Counted from the first letter of the stretch, positions 1-12,663 are shown. The stretch is DNA of 64,000 nucleotides from Octopus sinensis (GCF_006345805.1 NC_043008.1:56668001-56732000); one strand, 5' to 3'. The notes: a model not told the origin generated them from the sequence alone. Numbers and translations are program-made.

Positions 1-443
1 TTATTTGATGAATATATTATTGATTCTGATTGTGTTGCTCTCCTTTTTCTGATTGTATTGTCATCATTATTATTATTATTATTATTGTTGTTGTTGTTAT
101 CATTGTTGCGATGTTTGTTTTTGTTTTTTTGTTGTTGTTATTGTTATTGTTGTTATCATTCTTATTTTCTGTTACCGTTGTATTTTTATGTTTCTCATTT
201 ATTGCTGCTGTCGTTGGTATTCGTGTCACAGACATACAATGGTTTTTGAGATATCCACGTATTTTGTCGTAGCGAGGATTTCGAATGTGATGGTGGTGAT
301 ATGTCATTCATCTGACTACCTAATATTCCTCGTTCTTGTTATTTTTGTGAAGACACCGCCAATACGTTCACTGTGATCGATGGTTGCGATTGATGGTGTT
401 GTAATGTTATTGGGATTCTCATAGAATTTATATTTCATATACT

Positions 444-449
444 TTTATT
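444..449 (-). promoter_or_regulatory. Possible proximal polyadenylation signal (AATAAA)
   Basis: First AATAAA on the minus strand, about 60 nt after the stop codon. The context is AT-rich, so a chance match is plausible. Confidence 0.2.
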
Positions 450-510
450 TAATTTACCTCCTTCAATTTCAGAACGTAAAACATACACATGTTTCAGGAA
501 GCCACAGTTA

Positions 511-674
511 TTACAGTTCAACATCATGATCGTCAAACTCATTTCCAAGACTATCTAAAGTTTGTGTACTAACACTGTGTCCGTTAAAACTTTGTGTCTG
601 TGTAGCATTTGTTGATCGGCTGTAGAGACTGCTGAATGAGCTGGAACGCTTCAGACGCTGCGTCATTTCTACCT
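511..674 (-). CDS. Probable terminal coding exon of the receptor (EVEMTQRLKRSSSFSSLYSRSTNATQTQSFNGHSVSTQTLDSLGNEFDDHDVEL*); not in ORF track
   Basis: Polypyrimidine tract plus acceptor ctcttccttttctcAG|AG. Phase 1 is compatible with the upstream donor. 53 open codons are followed by tandem TAA TAA. Ser/Thr-rich, non-repetitive sequence. Confidence 0.8.
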
Positions 675-921
675 CTGAGAAAAGGAAGAGAAAAAAAACA
701 GCTTTAAAACATATATAGACTGTTTAGTCAAATCGGTACGAGGCAAACATCATTGATCGAGAAAATTTTGAGGATGCTGTCACTCTTTTTATTACCCCAC
801 TTATTGCAAAAGTCTAAGAAGCATTGTCTCAACCAAAAAAAAAATAAATTGACCAGAAGAACATGAGAAAATATCCGTTCCTTGTAAACCTTGCTTTTAG
901 ATTTGCACCCTATTGAAAATA

Positions 922-1220
922 TATACTCTTTACGCTTTTTTACTTGTTTCAGTCATTTGACTGCGGCCATGCTGGAGCACTGCCTTTAGTCGAGCGATGT
1001 TGGGCTGACACACACACACCCACACATACACATACACACATATGTAAATACATATAAACGACGGGCTTCTTTCAATTTCCGGCTACCAAATCCACTCACA
1101 AGGCTTTGGTCAGCCCGTGGCTATAGTGGAAGACACTTGCCCAAGCTACCACGCAGTGGAACTGAACCAGGAACCATGTGGTTGGTAAGCAAATGCTTAC
1201 CACACAGCCACTCCTACGCC
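922..1220 (-). mobile_element. SINE family 1 copy (internally deleted)
   Basis: Tail CAGTCATTTGACTGCGGCCATGCTGGAGCAC and head ACCACACAGCCACTCCT. Confidence 0.8.
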
Positions 1221-1740
1221 TATACGAATAAGAATATAATTATCATCATTTTTGTTGTTTAGAACCAGATTAATCATAATGGCGGTTTAACACCGCAAGG
1301 CGTTCCAGCTTTGATCACGCTTTCCTTCTATCAAAAAATCTTGACTTACTCTATTCAATATTTCATTCTTTTCTTAAGTTCGAGTAGTTTGGTTCGAATT
1401 AGGTTTGTCTGCTCTCTCAGATCCTTCATTGTAAATCTGATGAACTGGTCTTTCATTTTCATTAGCCCCCCCATAAAGTTACCCTCCCCACCTCAATTCC
1501 TTCTAGACTTTTTCCACTCTTATTATCTGTAGAGAATGCCATTCCAATCCTACCGGGAAAAAAGAAAATATTTGCTGAAAACAGAGACTTGTGTTGAGTG
1601 ATTGCAGCAGAATGGAATCACGTAAAGACACACAAGGTGGTGTTGAACCGGGTGGCTGGTTAAGTCTCTGAGGAAAGTGGGTCATGGCGCGATTTGAACT
1701 CAGAATGGAAGAAAGCGGGAAATATGCGGTAAGACATTAA

Positions 1741-1935
1741 CCAAGAAGAAGGAGGAGGAGGAGGGAAAGAAGAAGAAGGAGGATGAGGAGGAGGGGGAGG
1801 GGAAGAATAAGAAGAATAAGAAGAAGGAGAAGGAGGAGGGGAAGGAGAAGAAGAAGAAGAAGAAGAAGAAGAAGGAGAAGAAGAAGAAGAAGAGAAGAAG
1901 AAGAAGAAGAAGGTGGTGGAGGAGGAGGAGGAGGG
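1741..1935 (+). repeat. Polypurine (GAA/GGA)n tract; a second lies at 55693-55843
   Basis: Directly visible; explains the poly-R/E/L ORFs in the track. Confidence 0.95.
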
Positions 1936-2339
1936 GCCTTATCTGTACAATTATCAAACTTATGGTGTACTTCAGAACTAAAGAAATCACGCTTTGATTT
2001 ATTTTCATCGATTACGTTCCTATATTTAAATGTCAATTTAATTAACTTTCTTCAAACTATAATTAGTTTATCGTATTTACATGCGACAGAATAAAGCTAA
2101 AACATTGAAATCAGAGACGAGGACTCATGTATTGATTTTCTATCTCTGGAACAAGGCCATGTATTTTGGTGAAGGATATAATCGATGAAACGTACTCATG
2201 TACTTGATGGGCATTTTATTTTATTCACCAGGTTATAATGAATGTAATGTCAGGATTTGAAAGAATTGTGGATTTAAAGGGATTCTATATTAGCGTGTGG
2301 TCTATTGCATTATACGTAGTTTACGCTGTGAAATGACTT

Positions 2340-2690
2340 GAACTAGATTAAGATTTGGTTTAGTTTTAGGGTTAGAGTCAGAGCTTAGGGTATAGTGTTT
2401 AGTTTTAGGGCTTATAGTTAAGGCTGAGTATTACTTGCTAGGGCCTGGGGTTAGAGTTGTGATTGGAGCTTAGGGTTATGCTTTAAAACTGGGGTTAGAT
2501 TTAGGATAAAGTTTAGGATTAGGGCTAGAGTAAGAGCTAGGGTCAGGGTTAGATGACACACTAAAGTAGCACATTTAACTGAATAGATATGCTAAACTAA
2601 TAGTCTAATAGTCATAGGTTTAGTGTTAGGGTTTATTGTTAGAATATGTCTTAGGATTAGGGTTAGAGTTAGTGTTAGGGATAGGGTTAC
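2340..2690 (+). repeat. Degenerate TTAGGG-like interstitial repeat
   Basis: Many TTAGGG/TTAGAG/TTAGGA hexamers in two blocks. Confidence 0.6.
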
Positions 2691-4350
2691 ACGCCACTGT
2701 AAATTGTAAATGGCCAGGTAGACTGCACGTTAAGTAGCACTTTGAAGTGAATAAAACTGGTAATTTAAGAAGGTTATACATTCTATGTCTGATATTTATG
2801 TGCGCAGACATGAGTGTAGGGTTTAGTAATTCGTCTTGCGACGCAACCATGTGATTTGGGCACCTAGGGTAAGTGTTCTCTACAATAGCCTTGGGACAAG
2901 CTTTGTGAGTGAATTTGGTAGCCGGAATTTGTGTGGAAGCCTGTATCCTTTATTTTTTACTTCTTCCAGTCATAGGATGGCGGCCATACTGGGGCTCCAC
3001 CATGACGCGTTTTAGTCGAACGAATCGAGTACAGTTCTAATTTAATTTTCGGTTAATTTAATTTTCACGAATCGCTATATAACAGGGACGTGATCAAACC
3101 AACTCCAGATGTCAAGCGGTGGTGAAGACAAACACAAAGACAAAGGCAGATATACATACATACATGCATACATATGTATATATATATATATATATATGAC
3201 GGGCTTCTCACAGTTTCCGTTTACAATATGTACTCGAAAGGCTTCGGTTGGTCAGAGGCTAAAATGGAAGACATTTGCTTTCCAACCACAACGTTTGGGG
3301 ACTGTATTTAAAAAGTATCTATTTTATCGAACTCAGATCTATAATAAAGCAATGTTGACTTAAGCGCGATTTGAAATGAAAACATAAAGAGCCAAAATAA
3401 ATACCATACTGTAACCTTTTGCGGGGACTTAGATAAAAGTAAATAAACGAATTAATAATGGTTTCTTAGAAGCATTTCTCCTGTTTTTACATTCTGAACT
3501 CAAATTCGTCATATCAGGATCGACAAATATAAGTACCAGTTGTGTACTGGGACCGATGTCATAGGTTTGCTCCTTCCGCCGAAATTTCTCCCCTTGTGCA
3601 AAAAATGGAACCCACCAATGATTTCTAGTTTAAGCACAAGGTCAGCAATTTTGTAGGTAACAGAAAGGTTGATCCTAGTGTTTTACGGAGAGTTCGTTTT
3701 AGTGACACCATAGAGATAGAAAAGAAAGCTGCCTACGGAGAGATATGAAGTGAGAAGATAAATAATCAGGACAGTTAGCATAAGGAATTTCCTTACAAGT
3801 TCAAACAGTCCCGCCATTGCAACACACTTATATGCAAATCAATAAACCTTCATTAATTTGGTAGAAAGTCAGCAAATTTGAGGGGTGATAGAGTTGATTG
3901 CATTGACTCCAGTGCTTGACCAGTACTAATAATACCAACCCTGGGAAGGTGGCGACCTAGCAGAATCGTTGACAGGAAGGGCAACACGCTTAACGGGATT
4001 TCGTCCGCCTTTATATTCTCAGTTCAAATTTCGCCGAGGTCGACTTTGCCTTGCAAACTTTCGGGATCGATAAAATAAGTACCAGTTGAGTAACGGTGTC
4101 GATGCAATCGACTAATTTCCTTCCTTAAACTTACTGCCCTTGTGCCAAGATTTGAAGTTAATACTACGAACTCCGAAGGGTGTAAGACAAAGTCGATCTC
4201 GGCTGAATCTAAATTCGGAATTGAAAGACAGATGAAATGCTGCTAAGCAATTTGTCCGGCGTGTTTACGTTTCTGTCATCTCACTGCCTTAATAAAAAAC
4301 AATTTTTTTTAAACAAAAAAAGAGCGAGAATTTTAAATAATTATACATAC

Positions 4351-5135
4351 CATCTGATTGTGTACCGGAGTCCACTCTAATTGCAGAAGAATTTGTTTTG
4401 GCAATCAATACTTTGGACGTCATCATTGACTGACGTACATTTTTTTCAGGATGAAGTAAAATAATGTATAATTTCGGAGTGAACATACAAACCAATGCGA
4501 CTGTAGCGCTCAGGCTGATTGAGAAGCACATGGTAGCCATTCTGACTTCGATATTGTGTGCTGTTGTAAAATATATTGGTACAAATGCGAGCCATATAAT
4601 AAAAGTTGTGTACATTGTGAATCCTATATATTTTGATTCATTAAACGCTTCTGGTATTTTCCTCGTTAGCACAGCGTAAACTGTGCAGATATTGACTAAA
4701 ATTATAGGGTAGCTAAAGCCAATCATATAGGAAAAACCTTGAGCCGCCTTACATATAAGTTGGTGGTCATTACGATTGGCATAGAATGGAATTGCTTTAG
4801 GTGGGCTCATAAGTAGCCAAATAACACCAATTGCTAGCTGCAGTGATACTAGTGAACCACAAATAAATAGTTGAGATCTTGGACTAATGAACTTAGGCCG
4901 TTTTGCGGTGCGCTTACCGGCACGGAAGATCCGTGCTATTCGATTTGTCTTGGTTAATATTGCGGCGTACGTTATGGCAAAACATAAACCGATTCCAAAC
5001 TGCTGTGAACCACATGTAAAGGCATTTGGTTTTGCCACTACAAGGAAGGTCATACAATAACACATGAAAATGCCAATCAGTAAGACGAAACTGAGCTCTC
5101 GCCCTGATGCTTTCACCACTGGTGTTGCACTATAT
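4351..5135 (-). CDS. mGluR-family exon: 7TM region (TM2-TM7) and proximal C-tail
   Basis: Contains TPVVKASGRELS, TKTNRIARIF, KIPEAFNESKYIGFTMYTT and PKLYIILLHPEKN. Acceptor ttttcAG|ATAT, donor GATG|GTatgt; 785 nt, phase 2 to phase 1. Confidence 0.98.
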
Positions 5136-5471
5136 CTGAAAATAGAAGAAAATAATGATTTGATATTAAGGATGCTTTCAGAAATCTACCGAAGGTACTG
5201 ATTCGATCGTAGCATTTATTGACAAGAATGAAATTATCACATTATTTAAACATAGAGATACGCGGTTGTGCCTATCGTACTTTTCAGGGTATTGATAAGA
5301 AAGTATTACCATTATCTTAATAATCCTCGGTGGACCATGAAAGGCATGTGGAGATAACGCCGGGCATATTTTGTTTATATCAGATGTTACGAGAATAAAA
5401 TATTACGAGAATAGAATATGCACCCACGTATGTATGTATGTATGTATGGACGGATGGATAGATGGATGGAT

Positions 5472-5511
<40 letters not shown>

Positions 5512-5949
5512 GTGTGTGTGTGAGTATGTGTGTGTGTATGTATACACACACACATATATGTATTTCAGAGGAACGAAAGGCGGAATTTGCACTCTGGTCG
5601 GTAAAAGCCGAAAGGAATGTCAGAAAGTCTTATGCCCGGCACTGTAACAAATCTGCCGACTGGCTAAATTTGATTGTTAATAATAATGATGATAATGATA
5701 ACATACCCCCCACACACACACTCATACACACATATATATATATCATATATATATATATATATATATATTCACACACATATACGCATATATATATATATCC
5801 ACACATATATATACATATACACACAGGCATATATAGAGAGAGAATGATAGAGAGAGTGAGAGAATATATGCAAACAGACACATACACGTATGCACAAATG
5901 TACAAACACACACACACACACACTGACAGACAAACACGCATACTTACAT

Positions 5950-6012
<63 letters not shown>

Positions 6013-6334
6013 ATTTATATCAAAACAAATATTCGAATGCTCATATTCGAAATAAGATATTACTATTGTTAATATTAACTGTAGTGAATATTTTCAATTG
6101 ATGATATTAACAAGAGTAATATAGATAGTACCAGATTTTATAGCATTATATAGCTATAAAATTAAAAGTTGGCACCAAGTACAGGGATGCGCGAAGCATC
6201 AAACTGTTTAGAAATAGCAGTTAAAGTCATAGTTCAACCGCCGAAAAGCGCCAAAATAATAACAGAAAATAACAAAATAACAAAATAACAGAAAAAATTG
6301 AAAAGCATACCACTAAAAGTTATACCATTCAGAT

Positions 6335-6394
6335 GCTAATGTACCATGGTTTCAGGTGCTGGCTCAATGGACCTCAACCTCCATCAGTATGAAT
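6335..6394 (-). ncRNA. Degenerate sister hammerhead (same family as 6850-6908)
   Basis: ATTCATA-CTGATGG-AGGT..ACCT-GAAA-CCATGG-TA|CATTAGC. Core A9>G and three mismatches in helix I. Confidence 0.55.
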
Positions 6395-6849
6395 TACTGA
6401 AGAAAAAATTCTAAATCCGCTACGTTCTAAGTCCATTAGCGTTCTGTTTTGTTTTGCGCCAAAACCAGTTCACCCGTGCTAATTTATTTCGCGCAACTTT
6501 GTGCTTCATGCTAATTTTGAATTTTATAGCTATGTAATGCTATTAAACTTGGAACCGCCTATATTATTGTTGTGAATATCATCAATTAAAGATATTCACT
6601 GCAGATAACATTAACAATAGTAATATCTTATTTCGAATGTAAGCATTCGAATATTTGCTCAGAAATATATTTGTATCATATGTCAGTACATATGATACAA
6701 ATATATTTCTGACCAAATATTAGAATGCTTACATTCGAAATAAGAAATTACTATTGTTAATGTTATCTGTAGTGAATATTTTTGGAGCAAAGCAAACCAG
6801 AACATTGATAGATATATAACGTGGTGGATTTAGAATTTTCCCTTTAATA

Positions 6850-6908
6850 GCTCATACTGATGAAAGTCGAGGCCCATTGGATCAGCACCTGAAACTAGGT
6901 ATATGAGC
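6850..6908 (+). ncRNA. Minimal type I hammerhead ribozyme fold (Penelope-like type)
   Basis: GCTCATA-CTGATGA-AAGT[loop]ACCT-GAAA-C(TAG)G-TA|TATGAGC. Perfect 7-bp helix I, one A.C mismatch in helix II, palindromic CTAG in helix III; predicted cut after 6901. Confidence 0.75.
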
Positions 6909-7077
6909 ACCTCAATGGTATAATCTTTAACAGTATGATTGTTAATTTCTTAATTCTTTATCCATTCCCTCGCTTAGTGGTATTTTCTGTTATGTTGGTG
7001 CTTATCGGCGGTTGGTTTGGAACTCTAACTCCTATTTCTAAACAGGATGATGCTTCGCGCACCCTTATGCTTCGTGC

Positions 7078-7126
<49 letters not shown>

Positions 7127-9410
7127 GTATGTTTGTATTATATGGTCCACAGGTTTTTACGCAGTTTCCGATCAAACATATGACAGCGGTCACCTCAGGG
7201 CTATAGTAAGAGACTCTTGGCCAAGGTGCTGCACATTAGAACTGAATCCGTAAACATTTGATTGCAAAAGGGCTATCTTAACTACACAGACATGCCTGTG
7301 TGTTTGTGTATATGTATTGCGATGTCAAAAGGACGTAATGTAATAACTTGTAAACGGTTAGTGCTCATGTTGTGCGATCCCTAAATCCAGGGGAAATTTA
7401 GTGGCAGTATATGCCCGCGGCAAATCGATGCACTAGGTCCTATAACATTTACTTCTTGACAACGAGGCACGTCGTTCGTAGATCATAACTGGAACCTTAA
7501 GTCTGTGAGGCTCCTGAGCAACTACCTAATGTGTGCTTGACTTAAAACAGCACTGCGTAAATGTGTTAACTGGTTTATTAAGAACATCCATAATGCAACC
7601 TTTAATAACCTTCAGCGATTTATACTCCTTTAAGCATTTATTTTCTCTAAAAGCTGTATAAGTATGTCATAATTTGAGCCGTTGCATGTTGCTTGCCTGT
7701 TTTATTATGTATATATACATATATGAATGTTAGTATATATTGTATCTATTCCGCTGTTGGTTTGTGGTGTTTGTGGTGTACCGGACTTGCATAAAATATT
7801 CTTGGGCACTAAACCGCTTATGCAGTGTCAAGGTATTGAGATTTGCATTCTAAAAGAAGACGCATACTCATCAGGCCAGCTTATACTATGAGTATTGATA
7901 TGGAAAATTTCATCAGAAACTGATTGTTAATTTTACTTCTTGTCTATTGTATAGTAGCAAAGAATATCCGTTTATTACACAAAAAATAATGAATATTTAG
8001 TGAAAGTACAGCAATGGCGGCTTATGAACAGCAACTGCGGTTCATGTATATTTATATTCGCTTTCGTTCAGTAAGCATAGTTCCAGTTAAGTTTGCGATC
8101 ATATAAGCCGCGAGTAAAAAGTAATGAAAGAAATATACGAGAGAAGTTAATAGCATTGCACATACGCACACACACATACATATATGTGAGTATATGCACG
8201 TATATATATATATATATATATATACGTGCATATACACATTGTAATTGGCCCTTTCGTTCACTTCTATAGGACACGCCTCGTGGTATCAATGAGCTATTTA
8301 CCGTGTTATATTATATTTGCCGTCTTATAAGTATTCGTAAATGCGTAGGTCATTGATTGGTTCTCACTTATATCCTTAATACCAAATTGAAATTAAATTC
8401 CTGTTGGCAAATATAATAATAACCAATACACACAATAGACAAGTAACGACATCTAGAAATTCTTATTGTGTTCACATAAATAACTTTTCATTCGTAACAT
8501 TAGATTTCATTAATAGTAATTTCCTGGGAAAATTACTGTGGAAAGTACCTTTGAAAACTGGCAAAGAAACCTTAGAGCAAACTCTAAGAATGAGATTAAC
8601 TCTATTCTATGAAATTCTAGTGTATTGCAGGCCTTGATAATCAACAGCAACAGAGCAGTGCCCTGCATATTCGACCGCTGTCCAATATAACACTTTAAAT
8701 ATCAATAATGTGTCTACACGGTGGCTTATTTGTTACTCACGATAAACGTTGCCACCGATTGAATGGAAGAGACAAAGAAACTCACAGAATTGTATAGGAT
8801 CGAATCTCCTTATCTAGCAGAAGATGCATGTGAATATTACCGTTATTGAAAAATAGTTTCTGCAAATTATATTTATACACACTCCGAAGATAAAGAAAAC
8901 GAATTCAAGCATTTCTTGGATGAGGTTCCAATTGTTAATTTCGGAATCTGCATTATGAATGAACGAACGAGCTGTCAGCATGAATACACACGGCTTCCTT
9001 CTAATGAAGAGGTCTTGAGAAAGGGCTTATGATTATTTTATATGAATGACAAGCGGTTAGGACTTTTACTTTCATAGTTCACTATATAGTATTATTGAAT
9101 ATGGAGAAAACTCGTTTCTCAAGCGTTTAGTCTATTCGATGTTCAGTAACTAATGTTTCATACTGTGTCCGCTTCAGTCGAGATACACAGGAAAAGTTTG
9201 CAAAGAGAATAATGAAGTTATATCTATACAAAACCTCCCAAGTGTAATCGTATTCTAATATGTCAAAAGACCGATACATTTGCTTTAGTTTAAAAGTCCA
9301 GATCATAAGGCTAAAATACTTGATAAACGATGAAAAGTATTACACTTCCGAAGTGGGGATCAAGATGGTGCACACAGCTTGTCTAAAGTTAGGACATAAA
9401 AATACATATA

Positions 9411-9770
9411 GGCGCAGGGGTGGCTGTTTGGTAAGTAGCTTGCTAACCAACCACATGGTTCCGGGTTCAGTCCCACTGCGTGGTACTTTGGGCAAGTTTC
9501 TTCTACTATAGCCTCGGGCTGACCAAAGCCTTGTGAGTGGATTTGGTAGACGGAAACTGAAAGAAGCCCGTCGTATATATGGATATATGTGTGTGTTTGT
9601 GTGTCTGTGTTTGTCAACCAATGCCGTAAGCCAGCGGTTTCGCAAAAGAGAACGATAGAATAAGTACTAGGCTAATCAAGAATAAGTCCTGGGGTCGATT
9701 AGCTTGACTAAAGGCGGTGCTCCAGCATTGTCGCAGTCAAATGACTGAAACAAGTAAAAGAGAAAAGAAA
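9411..9770 (+). mobile_element. tRNA-derived SINE, family 1 (CCTTGGGCAAG CORE-like motif, internal microsatellite, GTAAAAGA tail)
   Basis: A/B-box-like head GGCTGTTTGGTAAG...GGGTTCAGTCCC. Many homologous copies in the window. Confidence 0.85.
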
Positions 9771-9808
9771 GAAAGAGAGATATACATACGCGCGCGCACA
9801 CACACACG

Positions 9809-9842
<34 letters not shown>

Positions 9843-9959
9843 ACTGGTATATCTCGTTCACTTTGGCAATGAGTATGAGCAGATGGTAGGGAAGAAAAGG
9901 ATCCTCATCGCATATAGCTGGGTGGAGGGTGGATAAACTCAGCGCATAGGGTAGGGTAT

Positions 9960-10194
9960 ACTCTCTCTTTACTCTTTTACTCGTTTCAGTCATTTGACTG
10001 TGGCCATGCTGGGACACGGCCTTTAGTCGAGCAAATCGACCCCAGGAATTATTCATTGTAAGCCTAGTACTTATTCTATCGGTTTATTTTGCCGAACCGC
10101 TAGGTTACGGGGACGTAAACACACCAACATCGGTTATCAAATGATTTTGGGGGACAAACACAGACACACAAACATATACACATACATACATACA

Positions 10195-10266
<72 letters not shown>

Positions 10267-10370
10267 CGACGTGCTTCTTTCAGTTTCCGTCTATAGTAGA
10301 AGGCTATAGTAGAAGAGGATTGCCCAAGGTGCCACGCCGAGGGACTGAACCCAGAACCATGTGGTTGGTA
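9960..10370 (-). mobile_element. SINE family 1 copy (inverted relative to 9411-9770)
   Basis: Same body and tail motifs on the opposite strand. Confidence 0.85.
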
Positions 10371-10477
10371 TTGCAACACTGCACTTTTAAATAGCGTATT
10401 GGAATACTGTTTATATGACGGCAAAATCTTTCATATACAAGATGGGTATATGTACATCTCTATCTCCCTTTCTCTCT

Positions 10478-10510
<33 letters not shown>

Positions 10511-10848
10511 AAATGTATAGTTACTACTCTTTTACAATTTTACTTGTTTCAGTCATTTTGATTATTGCCATGCTGGAGCACTACCTTTGAGTCGAAGAAA
10601 TCGACCCTTGATAGTTATCCCCTCGGCCTATTTGTTATTGTATATTTTTGGGGTATTTTGTCCTGTATTTATCTCGCGTGTGTTTACGTATTTTTCACTT
10701 GTTGGTGAGATCCTGTACTTAATGTATTTCATATTTATATATTTATGATCGAACGCCACCCGGCCTTGTCTACAGTAAGTTTTTACCTTATAATCTATAT
10801 GTATGTATACATGCACACACACATATATATATATATATGTATATGTGT

Positions 10849-10880
<32 letters not shown>

Positions 10881-10986
10881 ACACGTGTCTGTAGATTGCT
10901 CAGTCACTTGCACGTTAATTTCACGAGCAGACTGTTCCGTTGATTGTATCACCTGGGACCCTCGTCGTCGTAACCAACAGAGTATT

Positions 10987-11059
<73 letters not shown>

Positions 11060-11105
11060 TATGCCAAAGAAGAGTATCAGAGAAGATAAATAGATAAATA
11101 GATAA

Positions 11106-11166
<61 letters not shown>

Positions 11167-11180
11167 CAGTGAATATTTAC

Positions 11181-11512
11181 CTTATGAAAACTATAATTAC
11201 GAATATAGATGCCACAATGCCTAGTGAAGAGAACACCATCGCGCCAATAGCAATTCCGTCATCAACACTGAGGTAGATCTCTGCTATTCTAACACAGTAT
11301 GTTTGGTTAAGACTAGGAAGAGTCCCCATTGGACAGTCTTTACACTCGAACTTTGTTGGAAGATACTGATATTTTGTACAGTTGAGGCAGGTCCAACAGC
11401 AGGTGTGACCTTTCAGAAATGTCTTGGCTTGACCTTGGACGCACTGTTTACTGCAAACGGATTCCGGGTGATTCGGTTCCTCCAGACGAAACTGTATCAT
11501 CGACATATTCAT
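11181..11512 (-). CDS. mGluR-family exon: nine-cysteine domain and TM1
   Basis: Part of ORF 11177-11695 (PESVCSKQC...CCWTCLNC...C..C..GTLP....YC...AIGAMVFSSLG). Acceptor atttcAG|ATG, donor ATAAG|GTaaat; 332 nt, phase 0 to phase 2. Confidence 0.97.
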
Positions 11513-11523
11513 CTGAAATAAAT

Positions 11524-11556
<33 letters not shown>

Positions 11557-11769
11557 AAGAGAGAGAGAGAGAGAGAGAGTGATAATGATAAAAAGAGAGG
11601 GAGAGAGGGAGAAGCGAAATATATGTTAAAAGTGAAAGAACAACGTTACAAAGATGGGATATGTAAATAGATAAAACAAAAAAAATATAAAACAAAAAAA
11701 TAAAGATTTAACATGAATGAAAGAAGGTATATCAGTATCGTAGTTGTTTCGGAATAGTAGTAATACTAC

Positions 11770-11803
<34 letters not shown>

Positions 11804-12167
11804 GTTGTTGTTGTTGTTGTTGTTTCTGCAGTAATGTGTTTTCGGGTTTTCAAAATTTACAGTGGATGAGTCCAGCAGTACACCACCAAAGAGTCACTAT
11901 AACCTTCTTTTGAAGAGCTCGGATTTAGGGAAGGTTTTTCGGTGATTCGTTTTAGTCGATCCACTCCAAAGAACATTTTTTAGTATTGTACAGAATCTAT
12001 TTTTCACTGCGGTCAAGAAATGGATTGGTCTGACTTACGTGTTGATAAGTCAGAAAAAACAGTCGACCAAATGAACAGGTTTTTGAGCAGTAAATTGACG
12101 TCATTCTTACGTCCGTCAGTATAGAGGTCATGTACCTCCGGCTAGTGAGTCTCTTGTGTCACCTATA

Positions 12168-12249
<82 letters not shown>

Positions 12250-12473
12250 GATACATATATAGATACATATATATATATATGTATATGTATATGTATATAT
12301 ATGTATATGTATTATATGTAAATTGTTCAGCAACAATTTAGGTTCAAATGAATATGGTACTTAATTCAGATGCACCAGAATTTTGTATGGTGTTATCCAT
12401 AAAAATTTGCAGGGTGATTATAATCAAAATAAGCAACAAGAATGACTGCGGAGTCATTCTTGTTGCTTATTTT

Positions 12474-12551
<78 letters not shown>

Positions 12552-12578
12552 TTATATATATATATATATATATAATAC

Positions 12579-12663
<85 letters not shown>

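Larger units (their letters stand above)
6026..7081. mobile_element. Mosaic of four inverted fragments of one hammerhead-bearing repeat (probable PLE-derived tail)
   Basis: 6026-6200 is inverse to about 6480-6657, about 6170-6425 is inverse to about 6812-7081, and 6592-6683/6688-6779 form a 92-bp-arm foldback. Confidence 0.7.

Noticed and set aside
4289-4350. ORF-track C-terminus GMYNYLKFSLFFCLKKIVFY as the true protein end
   Set aside because: A canonical donor at 4350 and a phase-compatible terminal exon at 674-511 explain it as intron read-through.
8640-8760. Minus-strand CYIGQ suggesting a GIY-YIG remnant
   Set aside because: A single short motif flanked by stops; the other PLE motifs are not recoverable by eye.
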